A stretch of 64,000 nt of DNA from Thermoproteota archaeon (GTDB lineage: Archaea; Korarchaeota; Korarchaeia; Korarchaeales; Korarchaeaceae). The stretch is taken from contig WALU01000032.1 in NCBI GenBank assembly GCA_015522685.1, positions 1 through 64,000 on the forward strand, in the 5' to 3' direction. This document shows, in pieces, positions 1 through 10,012 of the stretch. Position 1 is the first letter of the stretch. The number at the start of each line of letters is the position of its first letter. Under the pieces are notes generated by a model. The model was not told the DNA's origin, searched no databases, and was given only the letters and a program-made list of their open reading frames with translations. The position numbers and the translations under genes were made by a program.

Positions 1-260
1 GCATTCATTGGGGGGACTAGCAGAGATTGTACTCTCTTATTTAGCAGCTTTTTCTTCATCACTACAGTAATTAATTAAAGAATAGCATTAAATATTAGTA
101 TCATTAATCTTAGTATAATAGAATATTATTTATCTAATGATCTTTTCTTTTAAAGCATGAGTTCATATCATGGTATATAAGACAAGAAGGTTATTCCTAA
201 TTCTCTCAGGCTCCGAAAATTATATATAGGGTGTTCACGCTAAGCAACGCGGTGTTGGCA

Positions 261-494
261 GTGGTTGAGATAACATGTCCAGCTTGTGGTTATGAGTTTT
301 ATTTGGATGAGGAAGATTACGAAGGTGAAATACAGTGCCCCAATTGTGGCGCTCTTCTAAAGGTTAAAATAGAGAGGGGGGAGGTCAAGGAGATCCTGCC
401 TCTAGAAGAAGGAATAGAAGAGGAAGAATGGATCGAGGATGAGGATTTTTGGGAAGATGATGAGGATGAGGATTTTTGGGAAGATGAGTTCTAA
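261..494 (+). CDS. LysW-like zinc-ribbon protein with a very acidic C-terminal tail
   Basis: CPACG and CPNCG pairs plus a tail EEEEWIEDEDFWEDDEDEDFWEDEF. Likely start is GTG at 261 after a GGTG SD (the ORF track starts at 231). Lacks the canonical EDWGE end of LysW. Confidence 0.6.
   Translation: MVEITCPACGYEFYLDEEDYEGEIQCPNCGALLKVKIERGEVKEILPLEEGIEEEEWIEDEDFWEDDEDEDFWEDEF
435..487 (+). repeat. 27-bp tandem direct repeat (about 2 copies) inside the LysW-like gene
   Basis: GAGGATGAGGATTTTTGGGAAGATGA occurs at 435 and again at 462, encoding EDEDFWED twice. Confidence 0.9.
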
Positions 495-546
495 AATAGA
501 TAGATCATCTACTTAGTTATTATTCGATAAAAAGGAGAGAAGAGAG

Positions 547-1536
547 TTAATACCCTGCTCTCTTTAGTAGGGCCTCCCACTGCTTATCTATCCATCCTTG
601 GAACTTATCTATCATCCACTTATTTTCTGGCTTGAACATATGCCTAAATCTTCCCTGGAGCTTTAGATATTCTTCAATAGGCTTCTTTCTGGCTGGATTC
701 TTGGCTATAGAGATGCTAGGACCAGTTAATCTATATTCTCTATTAGTAACTTCATAGAGGGGGAAGACGCATGTTTCTACCGCTAGCCTCATGATTTTCA
801 CAGTATCTTCTGGGGCGCTTCCCCACCCTAGAGGGCAGGTGGAGAACGCGTGGATGAAAGCGGGACCGTCAGCTTCAAATCCCTTTCTAAGCTTGGCTAT
901 AGCATCATTCCAATATGCTGAGGATATCGTAGCAGCATATGGTATCTGATGAGCCACTATTATATCCATTATTGGCTTCTTGAAAAGAGGTTTACCCTTT
1001 ATTACCTTACCTACAGGAGTGGTAGTGGTTCTAGCTCCAAATGGGGTGCCTCCAGATCTCTGGATTCCTGTATTCATGTAAGCCTCATTATCATATAGCA
1101 CGTACATGAATTTGTGTCTTCTTTCGAAAGCTCCAGATATCGATTGAATTCCTATATCGTAAGTCCCACCATCTCCTCCCAGCACTACTATGTCATAATC
1201 AAGCTCAACATCAGGATCATTAGCGAATCTACCTACCCTAGAAAGTTTCTTCCTGGCAGCTTCAACTCCTGATGCTACAGCTGCAGCATTCTCGAATGCA
1301 TTATGGGCCCAAGGAACATTCCATGATGTATATGGGAATATCGTCGTAGCTACTTCAACGCAACCAGTCGCATTTATCCAGACTATCGACTTTCTCGCAG
1401 CCATGGCAATCTGCCTAATTATTATTCCAGCCCCACAGCCCGCGCATAGTCTATGGCCGGATTCAACAGGCCTAGTTTTCAATTCTCTTCTTGCTAACTC
1501 CTTAATATTTGGTCTCCAAACAGACTGAGTGGCCAT
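547..1536 (-). CDS. porB: pyruvate/2-oxoacid:ferredoxin oxidoreductase subunit beta
   Basis: GHRLCAGCG, the TPP motif GGDGGTYDIG..., and YDNEAYMNTGIQRS. Confidence 0.93.
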   Translation of the reverse strand: MATQSVWRPNIKELARRELKTRPVESGHRLCAGCGAGIIIRQIAMAARKSIVWINATGCVEVATTIFPYTSWNVPWAHNAFENAAAVASGVEAARKKLSRVGRFANDPDVELDYDIVVLGGDGGTYDIGIQSISGAFERRHKFMYVLYDNEAYMNTGIQRSGGTPFGARTTTTPVGKVIKGKPLFKKPIMDIIVAHQIPYAATISSAYWNDAIAKLRKGFEADGPAFIHAFSTCPLGWGSAPEDTVKIMRLAVETCVFPLYEVTNREYRLTGPSISIAKNPARKKPIEEYLKLQGRFRHMFKPENKWMIDKFQGWIDKQWEALLKRAGY

Positions 1537-2771
1537 TATTCTCTCACCCCCAGATATTTAACAGTAGGATTCTCTGGCTCAACCTTTACCTCGAGTAATT
1601 CATTAAAAGCCTTAGCTATCAGTTTGGGAGATAACTCTCTTCCTCCTAGTCCATAAATATAGTTATAGACTGCTGGTTTAGAGAGAGAGCTATATAGAGC
1701 CGATCTTACCTCTAATGCTACCGGGCCTCCTTCTGCACCAAAACTAAGTGATCTATCAAGAACCCCGACAGCAGTTAATCCTGAAAGTTCCTTTCTTATT
1801 ATATCAGCTGGAAATGGTCTAAATACCCTCAATCTTATGGCTCCTACCTTCTTTCCATCTTCCCTTAGCTGGTCAACTACCTTCTTGACTACGCTCATGG
1901 CTGAGGAAAGACCTAAAATTACTACATCAGCATCCTCAGTCCTATAAGGAATCATATGAACTGGCTCATAAGATCTACCACTAATTTCTCCATACTCCTT
2001 ATGAGCCTTCTCTATTACTGGGATCGATGCCTTCATTGCTTCATTTTGTTGAACTTTATGCTCGAAGTAATAGTCATAAAGATCTAGTGGACCAATTGAT
2101 ACAGGGTACTTTGGATTTAGCATAAGAGGAACTTCCTTCTCTCCATGAATCTCAGGTAGCTTTATTCTTGGGATTTCCCTTATCCCAACAAAGTTTGATA
2201 TGGCCTCATCAGGCAGAACAGAAACATTCTGTAGGGTATGAGATATAGTAAAACCATCCAAGGTTATCATAACAGGTAGCATTGCCTCCTCAGCTATCCT
2301 AAATGCCATTATCGTATTATCATAAGCTTCTTGGGCATCCTCGCTATATATTTGAATCCATCCAGAATCTCTGGCTCCCATGCTATCACTATGATCATTG
2401 TGAATGTTTATTGGAGCACTCAAAGCTCTATTAGCTACTGTCATGACAACAGGTGTTCTAGTAGAAGCTACTATATACAATATTTCCCACATAAGAGCCA
2501 AACCATTAGCAGCAGTTGCTGTAAAGGCTCTCGCACCTGCTAATGCAGCTCCCCAGCTAGCACTAAGGGCGCTGTGCTCGCTTTCAACCTTAACAAATTC
2601 TAGATCAACTTCTCCATTATGAATGAACTCTGATATCTTCTCAACTATTATGGTCTGAGGTGTTATAGGGTAGGCAGCAACTACATCCACATTGCTCTGC
2701 TTAACAGCCCATGCAACAGCCTCATCGCCATTTAATGCCATCATAGCTTGCTCTCCATAATCCTGCATCAC
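1536..2771 (-). CDS. porA: pyruvate/2-oxoacid:ferredoxin oxidoreductase subunit alpha
   Basis: AYPITPQT and VESEHSA motifs; TAATG stop/start overlap with porB. Confidence 0.93.
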   Translation of the reverse strand: MMQDYGEQAMMALNGDEAVAWAVKQSNVDVVAAYPITPQTIIVEKISEFIHNGEVDLEFVKVESEHSALSASWGAALAGARAFTATAANGLALMWEILYIVASTRTPVVMTVANRALSAPINIHNDHSDSMGARDSGWIQIYSEDAQEAYDNTIMAFRIAEEAMLPVMITLDGFTISHTLQNVSVLPDEAISNFVGIREIPRIKLPEIHGEKEVPLMLNPKYPVSIGPLDLYDYYFEHKVQQNEAMKASIPVIEKAHKEYGEISGRSYEPVHMIPYRTEDADVVILGLSSAMSVVKKVVDQLREDGKKVGAIRLRVFRPFPADIIRKELSGLTAVGVLDRSLSFGAEGGPVALEVRSALYSSLSKPAVYNYIYGLGGRELSPKLIAKAFNELLEVKVEPENPTVKYLGVRE

Positions 2772-2786
2772 TATATAACCACCTTC

Positions 2787-3062
2787 TCAAACTCTAATAA
2801 GCTCTATAGCTTTAGTAGGGCACTCAGCCACACAGATGCCACATCCTTTGCAATGGCCTAAGTCAGGGACTGGGACTCCCTCCCCATCCCACCTGTAGAC
2901 ACTATCAGGACAGTACATCCAGCAGAGTCCGCATTTTATGCACTTTGATTCATTTATTTTAGGCTGAAAAACGGCCCATTCACCTGTAGGATACTCCTTA
3001 GAACTCAGAAAGGGAACAGCAGCTATAGGGACTTCCTTCCAACCTATCATAGGGGTACTCAT
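2787..3062 (-). CDS. porD: 2-oxoacid:ferredoxin oxidoreductase subunit delta (2x[4Fe-4S])
   Basis: TGEW, CIKCGLCWMYCP and CKGCGICVAECP; sits in the por operon. Confidence 0.92.
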   Translation of the reverse strand: MSTPMIGWKEVPIAAVPFLSSKEYPTGEWAVFQPKINESKCIKCGLCWMYCPDSVYRWDGEGVPVPDLGHCKGCGICVAECPTKAIELIRV

Positions 3063-3646
3063 ACACTAACCACCTCCTTAGCAGGGTCTACCTTAGCCTC
3101 CTTCATGGCTCTCTTGAATGCACTTATATTCTTCTCGCCTACAGCCCCGGGCCACCTCCATAGAATTCCCTTCTCCAAGTACTCAGTAGGTAGAATTTTT
3201 GTAGCAGCTAGTAATACACCTAGCATCGTGGTGTTAGGAGAAGCTCTTCCTACCTCCTCTAACGCTATTGTTGTGGCATATACTGTCCATACGTTAACCT
3301 CTCCTGGTAGATTTAGCTTCTTCCTTAAATTAAGCGGCTCTTTCTCGCTATTAGCAAGGAAGTAACCTCCCTTCTTTAAACCACCTAGAAGAGAAGAAAG
3401 ATATCTCTGCTTTAGCAAGCTTGGGTCTATTACTATAACTATATCTGGTTCATATATTGGACCTCTATCGACTATCGGTACATTATCTATCCTGTTAAAA
3501 GCTGTTACAGGCCCACCAATCCTCTCGGGACCAAATTGCGGGAAAGACTGGGCATACTTCCCAGCCTTAATGGCAGAATATGCAAGTACCGCAGAACCGC
3601 TCCAAACTCCTTGCCCACCTCTACCATGCCATCTTATCTCTATCAG
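3059..3646 (-). CDS. porG: 2-oxoacid:ferredoxin oxidoreductase subunit gamma (apparent CTG start)
   Basis: The frame of ORF 3059..3418 stays open upstream and reads IEIRWHGRGGQG...SFPQFGPERIGGPVTAF. No ATG, GTG or TTG lies between the upstream TGA and this motif. AGGTGG SD is 6 nt before CTG at 3646. Confidence 0.88.
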   Translation of the reverse strand: MIEIRWHGRGGQGVWSGSAVLAYSAIKAGKYAQSFPQFGPERIGGPVTAFNRIDNVPIVDRGPIYEPDIVIVIDPSLLKQRYLSSLLGGLKKGGYFLANSEKEPLNLRKKLNLPGEVNVWTVYATTIALEEVGRASPNTTMLGVLLAATKILPTEYLEKGILWRWPGAVGEKNISAFKRAMKEAKVDPAKEVVSV

Positions 3647-3849
3647 GGGCGACCACCTTACATATCATCAAGTGACAGAGTAAAAAGATACATATATCTT
3701 AAGCTGCTCTTTATACAAATATATTTCCAATAAATCATATAAAATTATATAATATACTGGTATTTATCTTGCATATGGAATTATATAGCAAATTATATGT
3801 AAAAAAGACATCAATAAATAGAAAAAAATAATAAATAAATGGAAGCTGG

Positions 3850-4398
3850 CTAGGATAAAGTGTTTTTTCTTATTAATCTATCTGCTATAAATAGAAGTGT
3901 GATCGCTGTCGCAGCTTCTGTGGTGGGACCTATAGCAAATATCCCACCGCCAGCTACTGGAATAAATAAGCCTAAGATTCCAATAACGATCGCTTCCATA
4001 GGGCTTAAACCAAAAATCATGTATAAGGTGCATGAGGTTGCTATATCATAAAGAAAGGTGGATAAATAAGCTAAAATAAATAAAAGGAGCCTACTCTTAG
4101 GCCAAACTTTTGACCATAAAGCTCCTAGCAGTCCAGCAGTACCCCCATCGACTATGGTCCACAGACCTAAACCTAAGAAACTATCGGAAACAAGAAAGGA
4201 GAGAAATCCAACTCCCATACCAACTTCTGCACCATATAGCATGCCAGATAGCATTGCGAATAGCAAAGGTAAGTTAATAAACTGGATAGGACCCACCAAA
4301 AGGTGCTTTCCTAACCTAGTGACAACTGATAAAGCCGTCCATATGCCTATCTGCGCGGTCACATTTGACAGAGATTTTTTCCTTTTTTCGTAAAACAT
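3850..4398 (-). CDS. ECF transporter S component (membrane protein)
   Basis: About 6 hydrophobic segments; pattern ALSVVTR...LYGAEVGMGVGFLSFLVSDSFLGLGLWT is typical of ECF S components. Confidence 0.65.
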   Translation of the reverse strand: MFYEKRKKSLSNVTAQIGIWTALSVVTRLGKHLLVGPIQFINLPLLFAMLSGMLYGAEVGMGVGFLSFLVSDSFLGLGLWTIVDGGTAGLLGALWSKVWPKSRLLLFILAYLSTFLYDIATSCTLYMIFGLSPMEAIVIGILGLFIPVAGGGIFAIGPTTEAATAITLLFIADRLIRKNTLS

Positions 4399-4517
4399 TA
4401 CCTTTCTACCTCACTTCATCTTAATATATTGAAATTAACGCCGTTTTTTAGCAGTATGATCCCCCAGTAGGGTGTTAACATAATGGAATTTAAATAGATA
4501 TAGGGACATAACCTCCG

Positions 4518-5237
4518 GTGGATAACATGAGCAATAATATTAACCCTCCTCAAAGGATAATCGATGATCAAACTGCAGCACAGCTCAAAGCTCGGTTTGA
4601 CTCAGAAATGCTTAGGCCAGTGGATTTATTAGTGTTTAAAGGAGTAGGAAACGAAGAGTATTCTAAATGGAGTGAACAATTGCTGGAAGAACTTAGCACG
4701 CTCTCTGATAAAATATCATATGAAGTGCATGATACTACTTTAGAGCCATCTCTAATAGAAGAGTATAATATCTCAAGGGCACCTACAATTCTTATAGATC
4801 CCAGAACTAACTATAAGATAAGGTATACAGGTGCTCCGGCGGGATATGAAGCATGGGCATTCGTTGAAACGATAATTCTAGTTAGCAGGGATGATAGCGG
4901 TCTCGCTGAGAGATCTAGGGAGATATTGAAAGAAGCCAAAAATTATGGAAAAGAGGCCCATGTAGCGATATTCGTTACACCTACATGTCCTTATTGCCCT
5001 CATCAGGTTCTTCTTGCTAATAAGTTCGCTATTGAGCTAAAGGGGATAGTAGAGGCTGATTGCGTCGAAGCTTACGAAAATCCTGAACTAGCTAATGCTT
5101 TTAGTGTTTCAGCTGTACCTCATAATGTAATTGCAATTAGAGAAAGCGACGAAGAGGAGGTGCCTAAAGAGATATCCATTGGAGTTCAGCCTGATGAGAA
5201 ATATGCGATGGATCTGATTAAGGCTATGAGGGACTGA
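4518..5237 (+). CDS. protein disulfide oxidoreductase (two thioredoxin folds; only the C-terminal CPYC is intact)
   Basis: RYTGAPAGYEAWAFVE, FVTPTCPYCP and VSAVP motifs. Confidence 0.85.
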   Translation: MDNMSNNINPPQRIIDDQTAAQLKARFDSEMLRPVDLLVFKGVGNEEYSKWSEQLLEELSTLSDKISYEVHDTTLEPSLIEEYNISRAPTILIDPRTNYKIRYTGAPAGYEAWAFVETIILVSRDDSGLAERSREILKEAKNYGKEAHVAIFVTPTCPYCPHQVLLANKFAIELKGIVEADCVEAYENPELANAFSVSAVPHNVIAIRESDEEEVPKEISIGVQPDEKYAMDLIKAMRD

Positions 5238-5239
5238 AA

Positions 5240-6157
5240 ATGGGATTCACTATCCTGCTGACTAATGATGATGGCCTTCATTCTGCTCCTTTTAGGGCCT
5301 TCTGGGCAGGTCTCTTGGAGGCTAAATTAGGCAAGATTACTGTGGTAGTACCAGAGCATGAAATGAGCGCTGCTGGTAAAGGAATTACCCTCCATAAACC
5401 TTTAAGGATAAGGAAGCTTCCAGTAAAAGTTAAGGGCTTTGGATATAGAGAAGCGTTTACAGTAAGTGGAACACCCGGAGATGCTGTGACGATAGCTATG
5501 AAGTACATAATGAGTTCCGAGCCTGATGTAGTGGTCTCGGGCATAAACGTGGGGGATAACATAACCTTAGACAATATATTCACTAGCGGTACCATAGCTG
5601 CTGCTCTTCAGGGGACTATAATGGGCATAACCTCCTCCGCCTTCAGTGTAGAGATGCCGACAGGTCAGCCAAGCCGACCTGTCGATAGGTTCCTTATACA
5701 TGCAAAACTTGCTGCTAGAATAACAGAGTGGATGGCCAGTAAAGGTCTACCAGATGGGATAGATCTCCTCAATGTAAACTTTCCCTATACAATATCTGAG
5801 GATACACGCATAAGAATTACAAGGCTAGCTAGAATGAAGTTTGAGAACTATGTTTTAGAGAGAATAGATACAAGAGGCAACCCTTACTACTGGTTAGGAG
5901 GAAACCCCGTACCTGTAATGAAGAAGGATCGAGGAACTGATCTATATGCTCTCATGGTGGAAAGGTCAGTGTCTATAACTCCTATAACCCTAGACTTGAG
6001 TGCGAGGGAGATAGACTGCAAGGAACTTAATAGAAAAAGAAAGAGTGCCTTGGAAGAAATATATTCACTTGCAGAAATTCTAGGGGATTACTTAATTGAT
6101 GCACTTAGGGGATCAGACATTAAGAATAGCCAAACCTCCACTTCTAATATTCCTTAA
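5240..6157 (+). CDS. surE: 5'/3'-nucleotidase SurE
   Basis: ILLTNDDG, SGTPGD, VVSGINVGDN and SGTIAAA motifs. Confidence 0.93.
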   Translation: MGFTILLTNDDGLHSAPFRAFWAGLLEAKLGKITVVVPEHEMSAAGKGITLHKPLRIRKLPVKVKGFGYREAFTVSGTPGDAVTIAMKYIMSSEPDVVVSGINVGDNITLDNIFTSGTIAAALQGTIMGITSSAFSVEMPTGQPSRPVDRFLIHAKLAARITEWMASKGLPDGIDLLNVNFPYTISEDTRIRITRLARMKFENYVLERIDTRGNPYYWLGGNPVPVMKKDRGTDLYALMVERSVSITPITLDLSAREIDCKELNRKRKSALEEIYSLAEILGDYLIDALRGSDIKNSQTSTSNIP

Positions 6158-6526
6158 TAACTCTCCTTTAAGTTCGAATATCGCTATCTCCGTAGTGCCG
6201 CCTACATATCCCTTAACTAAATGTCCTGCAACAACTCTATCTCTATTTCCTAGTACCACGTGCATATGAACAAAGGGTTCTCCTTCCTTCATGCTTATGT
6301 TACCCGTAAGAGATGCCAATTCCATCGGATCATCGACATTGAAGGTATTATATCGCTCCTTCTCTGGATTAAATATTGCTATCTCAGCTCTGCTGAGAAA
6401 TCCTAACCCATTTATAACTGCTGCTTTTATCCCATTATCCTTGCACACTTGTTTTATTGATGAAGCAACCTCCTCTCCTCTATCTATTCTCAAAATGTAA
6501 ACCTTCTTTATGCTAAAGGTTCTCAT
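6113..6526 (-). CDS. PPC domain (DUF296) putative DNA-binding protein
   Basis: LRIDRGEE, ELASLTGNI and FVHMHVVLG...AGHL motifs. Confidence 0.85.
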   Translation of the reverse strand: MRTFSIKKVYILRIDRGEEVASSIKQVCKDNGIKAAVINGLGFLSRAEIAIFNPEKERYNTFNVDDPMELASLTGNISMKEGEPFVHMHVVLGNRDRVVAGHLVKGYVGGTTEIAIFELKGELLRNIRSGGLAILNV

Positions 6527-6528
6527 AA

Positions 6529-7524
6529 TTAACCACCTCCCTTTGTTGCGATCGGATAAAGTACAGGAGTATTACCCCCACCAGCACTAACTATTATAGT
6601 AGCATTGGACTTTGCTATATCTTTTAATCCCTCCAAGTAAATAACTAGGGGTGCTATCTCCTCAGGATTAGCTCCTGAGCTAACTAATATTCTTATAGAT
6701 TTAGCGGTACCATTTGCCACTATCATCCTAGACTTAGCCTCACCTTCAGCTTCTAAGATTTTAGCCATTGAAGACGCATTAGCGAGTATTAATGTCCTAT
6801 TCTTATCATAATAGGCTGCTATCATTCTCTGCTGGGATGCCAACTTATCTTGGATTGCCTTAAGAAACTCATCTGGTAGCTTTATGTTCCTCACATAAAC
6901 TTCATCTATCACTATTCCTCCTGATGTTGTATTATCCTTATCAAAAACTTCTCCTAAGAAATTATATATCTCACTACTTATCTTATCGCGGGCGACAGGT
7001 ACTTCAGCTGCTTGATACCTAGATAGGACATCTCTCGCTACTTTCCTTATTTCTGGGACTATAAGCTTATCTTCATAATCTAAGGCTGGATACGATTCTA
7101 CTATCTTAGGTACCGAGCTTGGAACTATATGCCACCTCACAGTTAAATCAATCCACGCTTGGAGACCATCCTTAGTGAGTGATTCTATTGCTGGATAATC
7201 CCCTATAGCATTCCCATATCCATGTTTAACGGCATTGACATCGGTCCACATGTGAACAGCATCTGTAGCGATATATATCTTCTTAACAGATTGCCAGGGC
7301 ATCTTAAATGTCACCTTAGGTCCTATTACTGGCTGAGAGATCACACCAGTGAATGGATCAACTGTAACAGCAACATAACCGAGCTCAATTGTGTATATAC
7401 TGAGGAAAGCTACTATAAGGGCAATTATTACTACTCCTGCTGCTATTATTGCTTTACTGCTAATTTTAGGTTGATAAGGGATCCCCGGCGTATAAACAGG
7501 TATTTCATCATCTCTCCTAGGCAT
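6529..7524 (-). CDS. SPFH/prohibitin family membrane protein
   Basis: N-terminal TM segment, TKDGL, VRNIKLP and AEGEA repeats. ATG at 7524 follows GAGGGG (ORF track starts at 7536). Confidence 0.85.
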   Translation of the reverse strand: MPRRDDEIPVYTPGIPYQPKISSKAIIAAGVVIIALIVAFLSIYTIELGYVAVTVDPFTGVISQPVIGPKVTFKMPWQSVKKIYIATDAVHMWTDVNAVKHGYGNAIGDYPAIESLTKDGLQAWIDLTVRWHIVPSSVPKIVESYPALDYEDKLIVPEIRKVARDVLSRYQAAEVPVARDKISSEIYNFLGEVFDKDNTTSGGIVIDEVYVRNIKLPDEFLKAIQDKLASQQRMIAAYYDKNRTLILANASSMAKILEAEGEAKSRMIVANGTAKSIRILVSSGANPEEIAPLVIYLEGLKDIAKSNATIIVSAGGGNTPVLYPIATKGGG

Positions 7525-7581
7525 TCTGCCCCTCAATATACTACTAAATGTGATTGAGCTATAAAGTTGTGTCAGGCCTAC

Positions 7582-8355
7582 TTATCCATGATAAGGAAGT
7601 CCCTTTTCCTCTTCCTCCCCTGGCTTGTATTCTTCGCTTCCTCCCAGTTTTATCTCCTCTTTAATCATCCCTTCTGCAGCCTCAGCTTCTTTTTCCAGTT
7701 CTTCTAGATCTATATTTAGATTGTAAAGCTTATCAATAACTTCAAGAACCATTTTAGAGGCCTTTGGATCTGGAAAAGCACCACTTGTTGTCCCTAAGAG
7801 GCAAGCGCTAGCAATCTCCCTCAAATCAGCCAGCCCAACTAGGAGGCCAGCAGCTCCAGTAACATATCCCTCTGCTAGTGGCTGGACTCCTACCTCTTTT
7901 AACCTCTTCATGAAGTCGTCGTTATTTGTGCACGTAAAAACGCCTTTAATATCAGGGGATCCCGGGACATACCCCCCCATAGTTATTATTGTAGATGCTC
8001 CAAGCTCCTGAGAGTAATCTAGGACTAGTTCTCCTACCTTGTACTGTCCGAAAGCTATAGGCTGTACTTCAGACGTTAGTACGAGTAAGTCCCTTTCAGG
8101 ACCCTCTGCAAGGTGTATATCATAACTAGGAGGTTGTATATCCTGGACATCCCCCCCTTCAATCCTAATACCGGATGATCCATCTGGCAGGGGAAGGTAG
8201 TCGCTATATATCACAGCTATCTTCTTGGCATCGAACTTCCTTATTAGGTAACTTGCAGCGATTTTCCCAACTAATCCCAGACCAGGTACTCCTTGGATTA
8301 GGACAGGATTCTTGGGTTTAACTTCTTCCAGCTTCACTAGCTCTATATAGGCCAA
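7582..8355 (-). CDS. PAC2 family proteasome assembly chaperone
   Basis: GVPGLGLVGKIA, GAAGLL, PDPKAS motifs; C-terminal PYHG. Confidence 0.85.
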   Translation of the reverse strand: MAYIELVKLEEVKPKNPVLIQGVPGLGLVGKIAASYLIRKFDAKKIAVIYSDYLPLPDGSSGIRIEGGDVQDIQPPSYDIHLAEGPERDLLVLTSEVQPIAFGQYKVGELVLDYSQELGASTIITMGGYVPGSPDIKGVFTCTNNDDFMKRLKEVGVQPLAEGYVTGAAGLLVGLADLREIASACLLGTTSGAFPDPKASKMVLEVIDKLYNLNIDLEELEKEAEAAEGMIKEEIKLGGSEEYKPGEEEEKGLPYHG

Positions 8356-8419
8356 GTGACATCCCTTTCTTAAAGTACCTAACTCAATATTAAACTAATG
8401 AATTTCTATTAAGGACGAT

Positions 8420-9769
8420 ATGGAGAGGAGAATCATGCAATATGTAGTCATTGGACATGGCACGGCAGGACAAACTGCTGCTGCCGTGCTTAAGAAAGTA
8501 GATCCAAATTCCGATGTCTATGTACTCGAAAAGGGAAAGTATGTCTCTAATCATCCATGCTCGCTTCCTGCCGTTGTCGGAGGGAGGCTTTCAATAGAAT
8601 CTCTAGAGAAGACAGCTCCTAAAGGTAGAATTAATATAATACTTGAAGCCGAAGCATATAAGATAGATGTCAAGGGAAAAGAGGTTCATTTTAATAAGAA
8701 TGGAGCATCAGATAAGCTCTATTATGATAGGCTCATATTAACTACTGGTTTAAAGCCTACATTTCCAAAGATTGAAGGAATTAATCTGGGAGGAGTAGGG
8801 ACCGTATGGAGCATAGATAGTGTGAAGAGGCTCCTTAATATGCTGGGAAATAGAGTGATTATTGTCGGAGGGAGCGCGACAGGTATAGAAGTAGCCGCTG
8901 AATTGGCTAGGACAGGGAGAGATATCATACTAATTGAAGCTCTCGAGCAACTAATACCGGGTAAGCTTGATCCACCAATATCCTCTATGGTAGCTCATGT
9001 TCTCACAAAGATGGGAGTCAAAGTGATGCTTAAAACCCGGATGGAGAAACTAGAAGGTTCTGAAGGTAAACTAAACTATGTTGTAACTAACTCTGGTAAG
9101 ATAGAGGCTGATACAGCAATAATAGTAATTGGAGCAAAACCTAACTCAGATCTAGCCTTACGTTCAGGTCTTGCTATAGGAGAGACAGGAGCGGTTAAAG
9201 TCAATGAGTATCTCTATACATCAGATCCTAGCATACTAGCAGCTGGAGATGTAGCCGAAGTCAAAGATTTCATAACAGGTCAACCAACGGCCACAGGTTT
9301 AGCCTCTACAGCAGTTGTGCAAGGTAGAATAGCAGCTGAGAATGTATCTGGAAGGAATATTATGTATAGAGGAGCTCTCTCGCCATATATAGTACCGGTG
9401 GGTGATTACTGGCTTGGAGGAGTGGGGCTCTCTGCTAGCAAGGCTGATAAATTGGGTATAAAGTACTTAGCTTTCCGCTTTGCGGGCTCTGATCTTCCTA
9501 GGTATATGCTAGGGAGAGATACTTTCGCAACATGGCTAATAACGGATAAGGAAGGTAAAATTCTTGGAGCCCAATTATTCGGTAGAAGAGGAGTCAGGGA
9601 GAGGATCCTCTTCCTAACTGCCGCTATTTATGCAGGCTTTAAGATACAGGATGTTAGACTTATGGAGTTTGCATATCAACCTGAGCTATGCGATCTCCTC
9701 GATCCTATAGCAATAGCGGCGGAGGGGATGAGTAGGAAATATAGACTACTTCAACTTTTCCGTGATTAA
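8420..9769 (+). CDS. FAD-dependent NADH oxidase / CoA-disulfide reductase family protein
   Basis: GHGTAG FAD motif, active-site HPCSLP, GGSATGIE, AAGD and FAYQP. Confidence 0.85.
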   Translation: MERRIMQYVVIGHGTAGQTAAAVLKKVDPNSDVYVLEKGKYVSNHPCSLPAVVGGRLSIESLEKTAPKGRINIILEAEAYKIDVKGKEVHFNKNGASDKLYYDRLILTTGLKPTFPKIEGINLGGVGTVWSIDSVKRLLNMLGNRVIIVGGSATGIEVAAELARTGRDIILIEALEQLIPGKLDPPISSMVAHVLTKMGVKVMLKTRMEKLEGSEGKLNYVVTNSGKIEADTAIIVIGAKPNSDLALRSGLAIGETGAVKVNEYLYTSDPSILAAGDVAEVKDFITGQPTATGLASTAVVQGRIAAENVSGRNIMYRGALSPYIVPVGDYWLGGVGLSASKADKLGIKYLAFRFAGSDLPRYMLGRDTFATWLITDKEGKILGAQLFGRRGVRERILFLTAAIYAGFKIQDVRLMEFAYQPELCDLLDPIAIAAEGMSRKYRLLQLFRD

Positions 9770-10012
9770 ATGAGATAATAAACCTCTAGGTTCATCTTCA
9801 CCAATCCAACAGACTTTTTTATCAAGTAGCCTAGCTAGAAAAGCTACTAATGAAGTATCCGAATCATTACATCTTCTGCTTATAACAAGGCAATCTATAG
9901 AGAGCAATTTCTTGATGATATCATTGAAACCATAGCTAGTGTCTATATCGACAGCATCTTTCAATCCTAAAGATAAACTGCAGCTTTTTAGAACTCCCTT
10001 CTTATCGCTCAT
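9746..10012 (-). CDS. hypothetical protein
   Basis: 88 aa; ATGA overlap with the DUF354 gene and a GGTGA SD upstream. Confidence 0.55.
   Translation of the reverse strand: MSDKKGVLKSCSLSLGLKDAVDIDTSYGFNDIIKKLLSIDCLVISRRCNDSDTSLVAFLARLLDKKVCWIGEDEPRGLLSHLITEKLK

Noticed and set aside
435-487. 27-bp direct repeat as a possible CRISPR
   Set aside because: Only two adjacent copies, no spacers, and in frame within a coding tail.
3536-3733. 65-aa plus-strand ORF
   Set aside because: It is antisense to the true 5' part of porG and its promoter.
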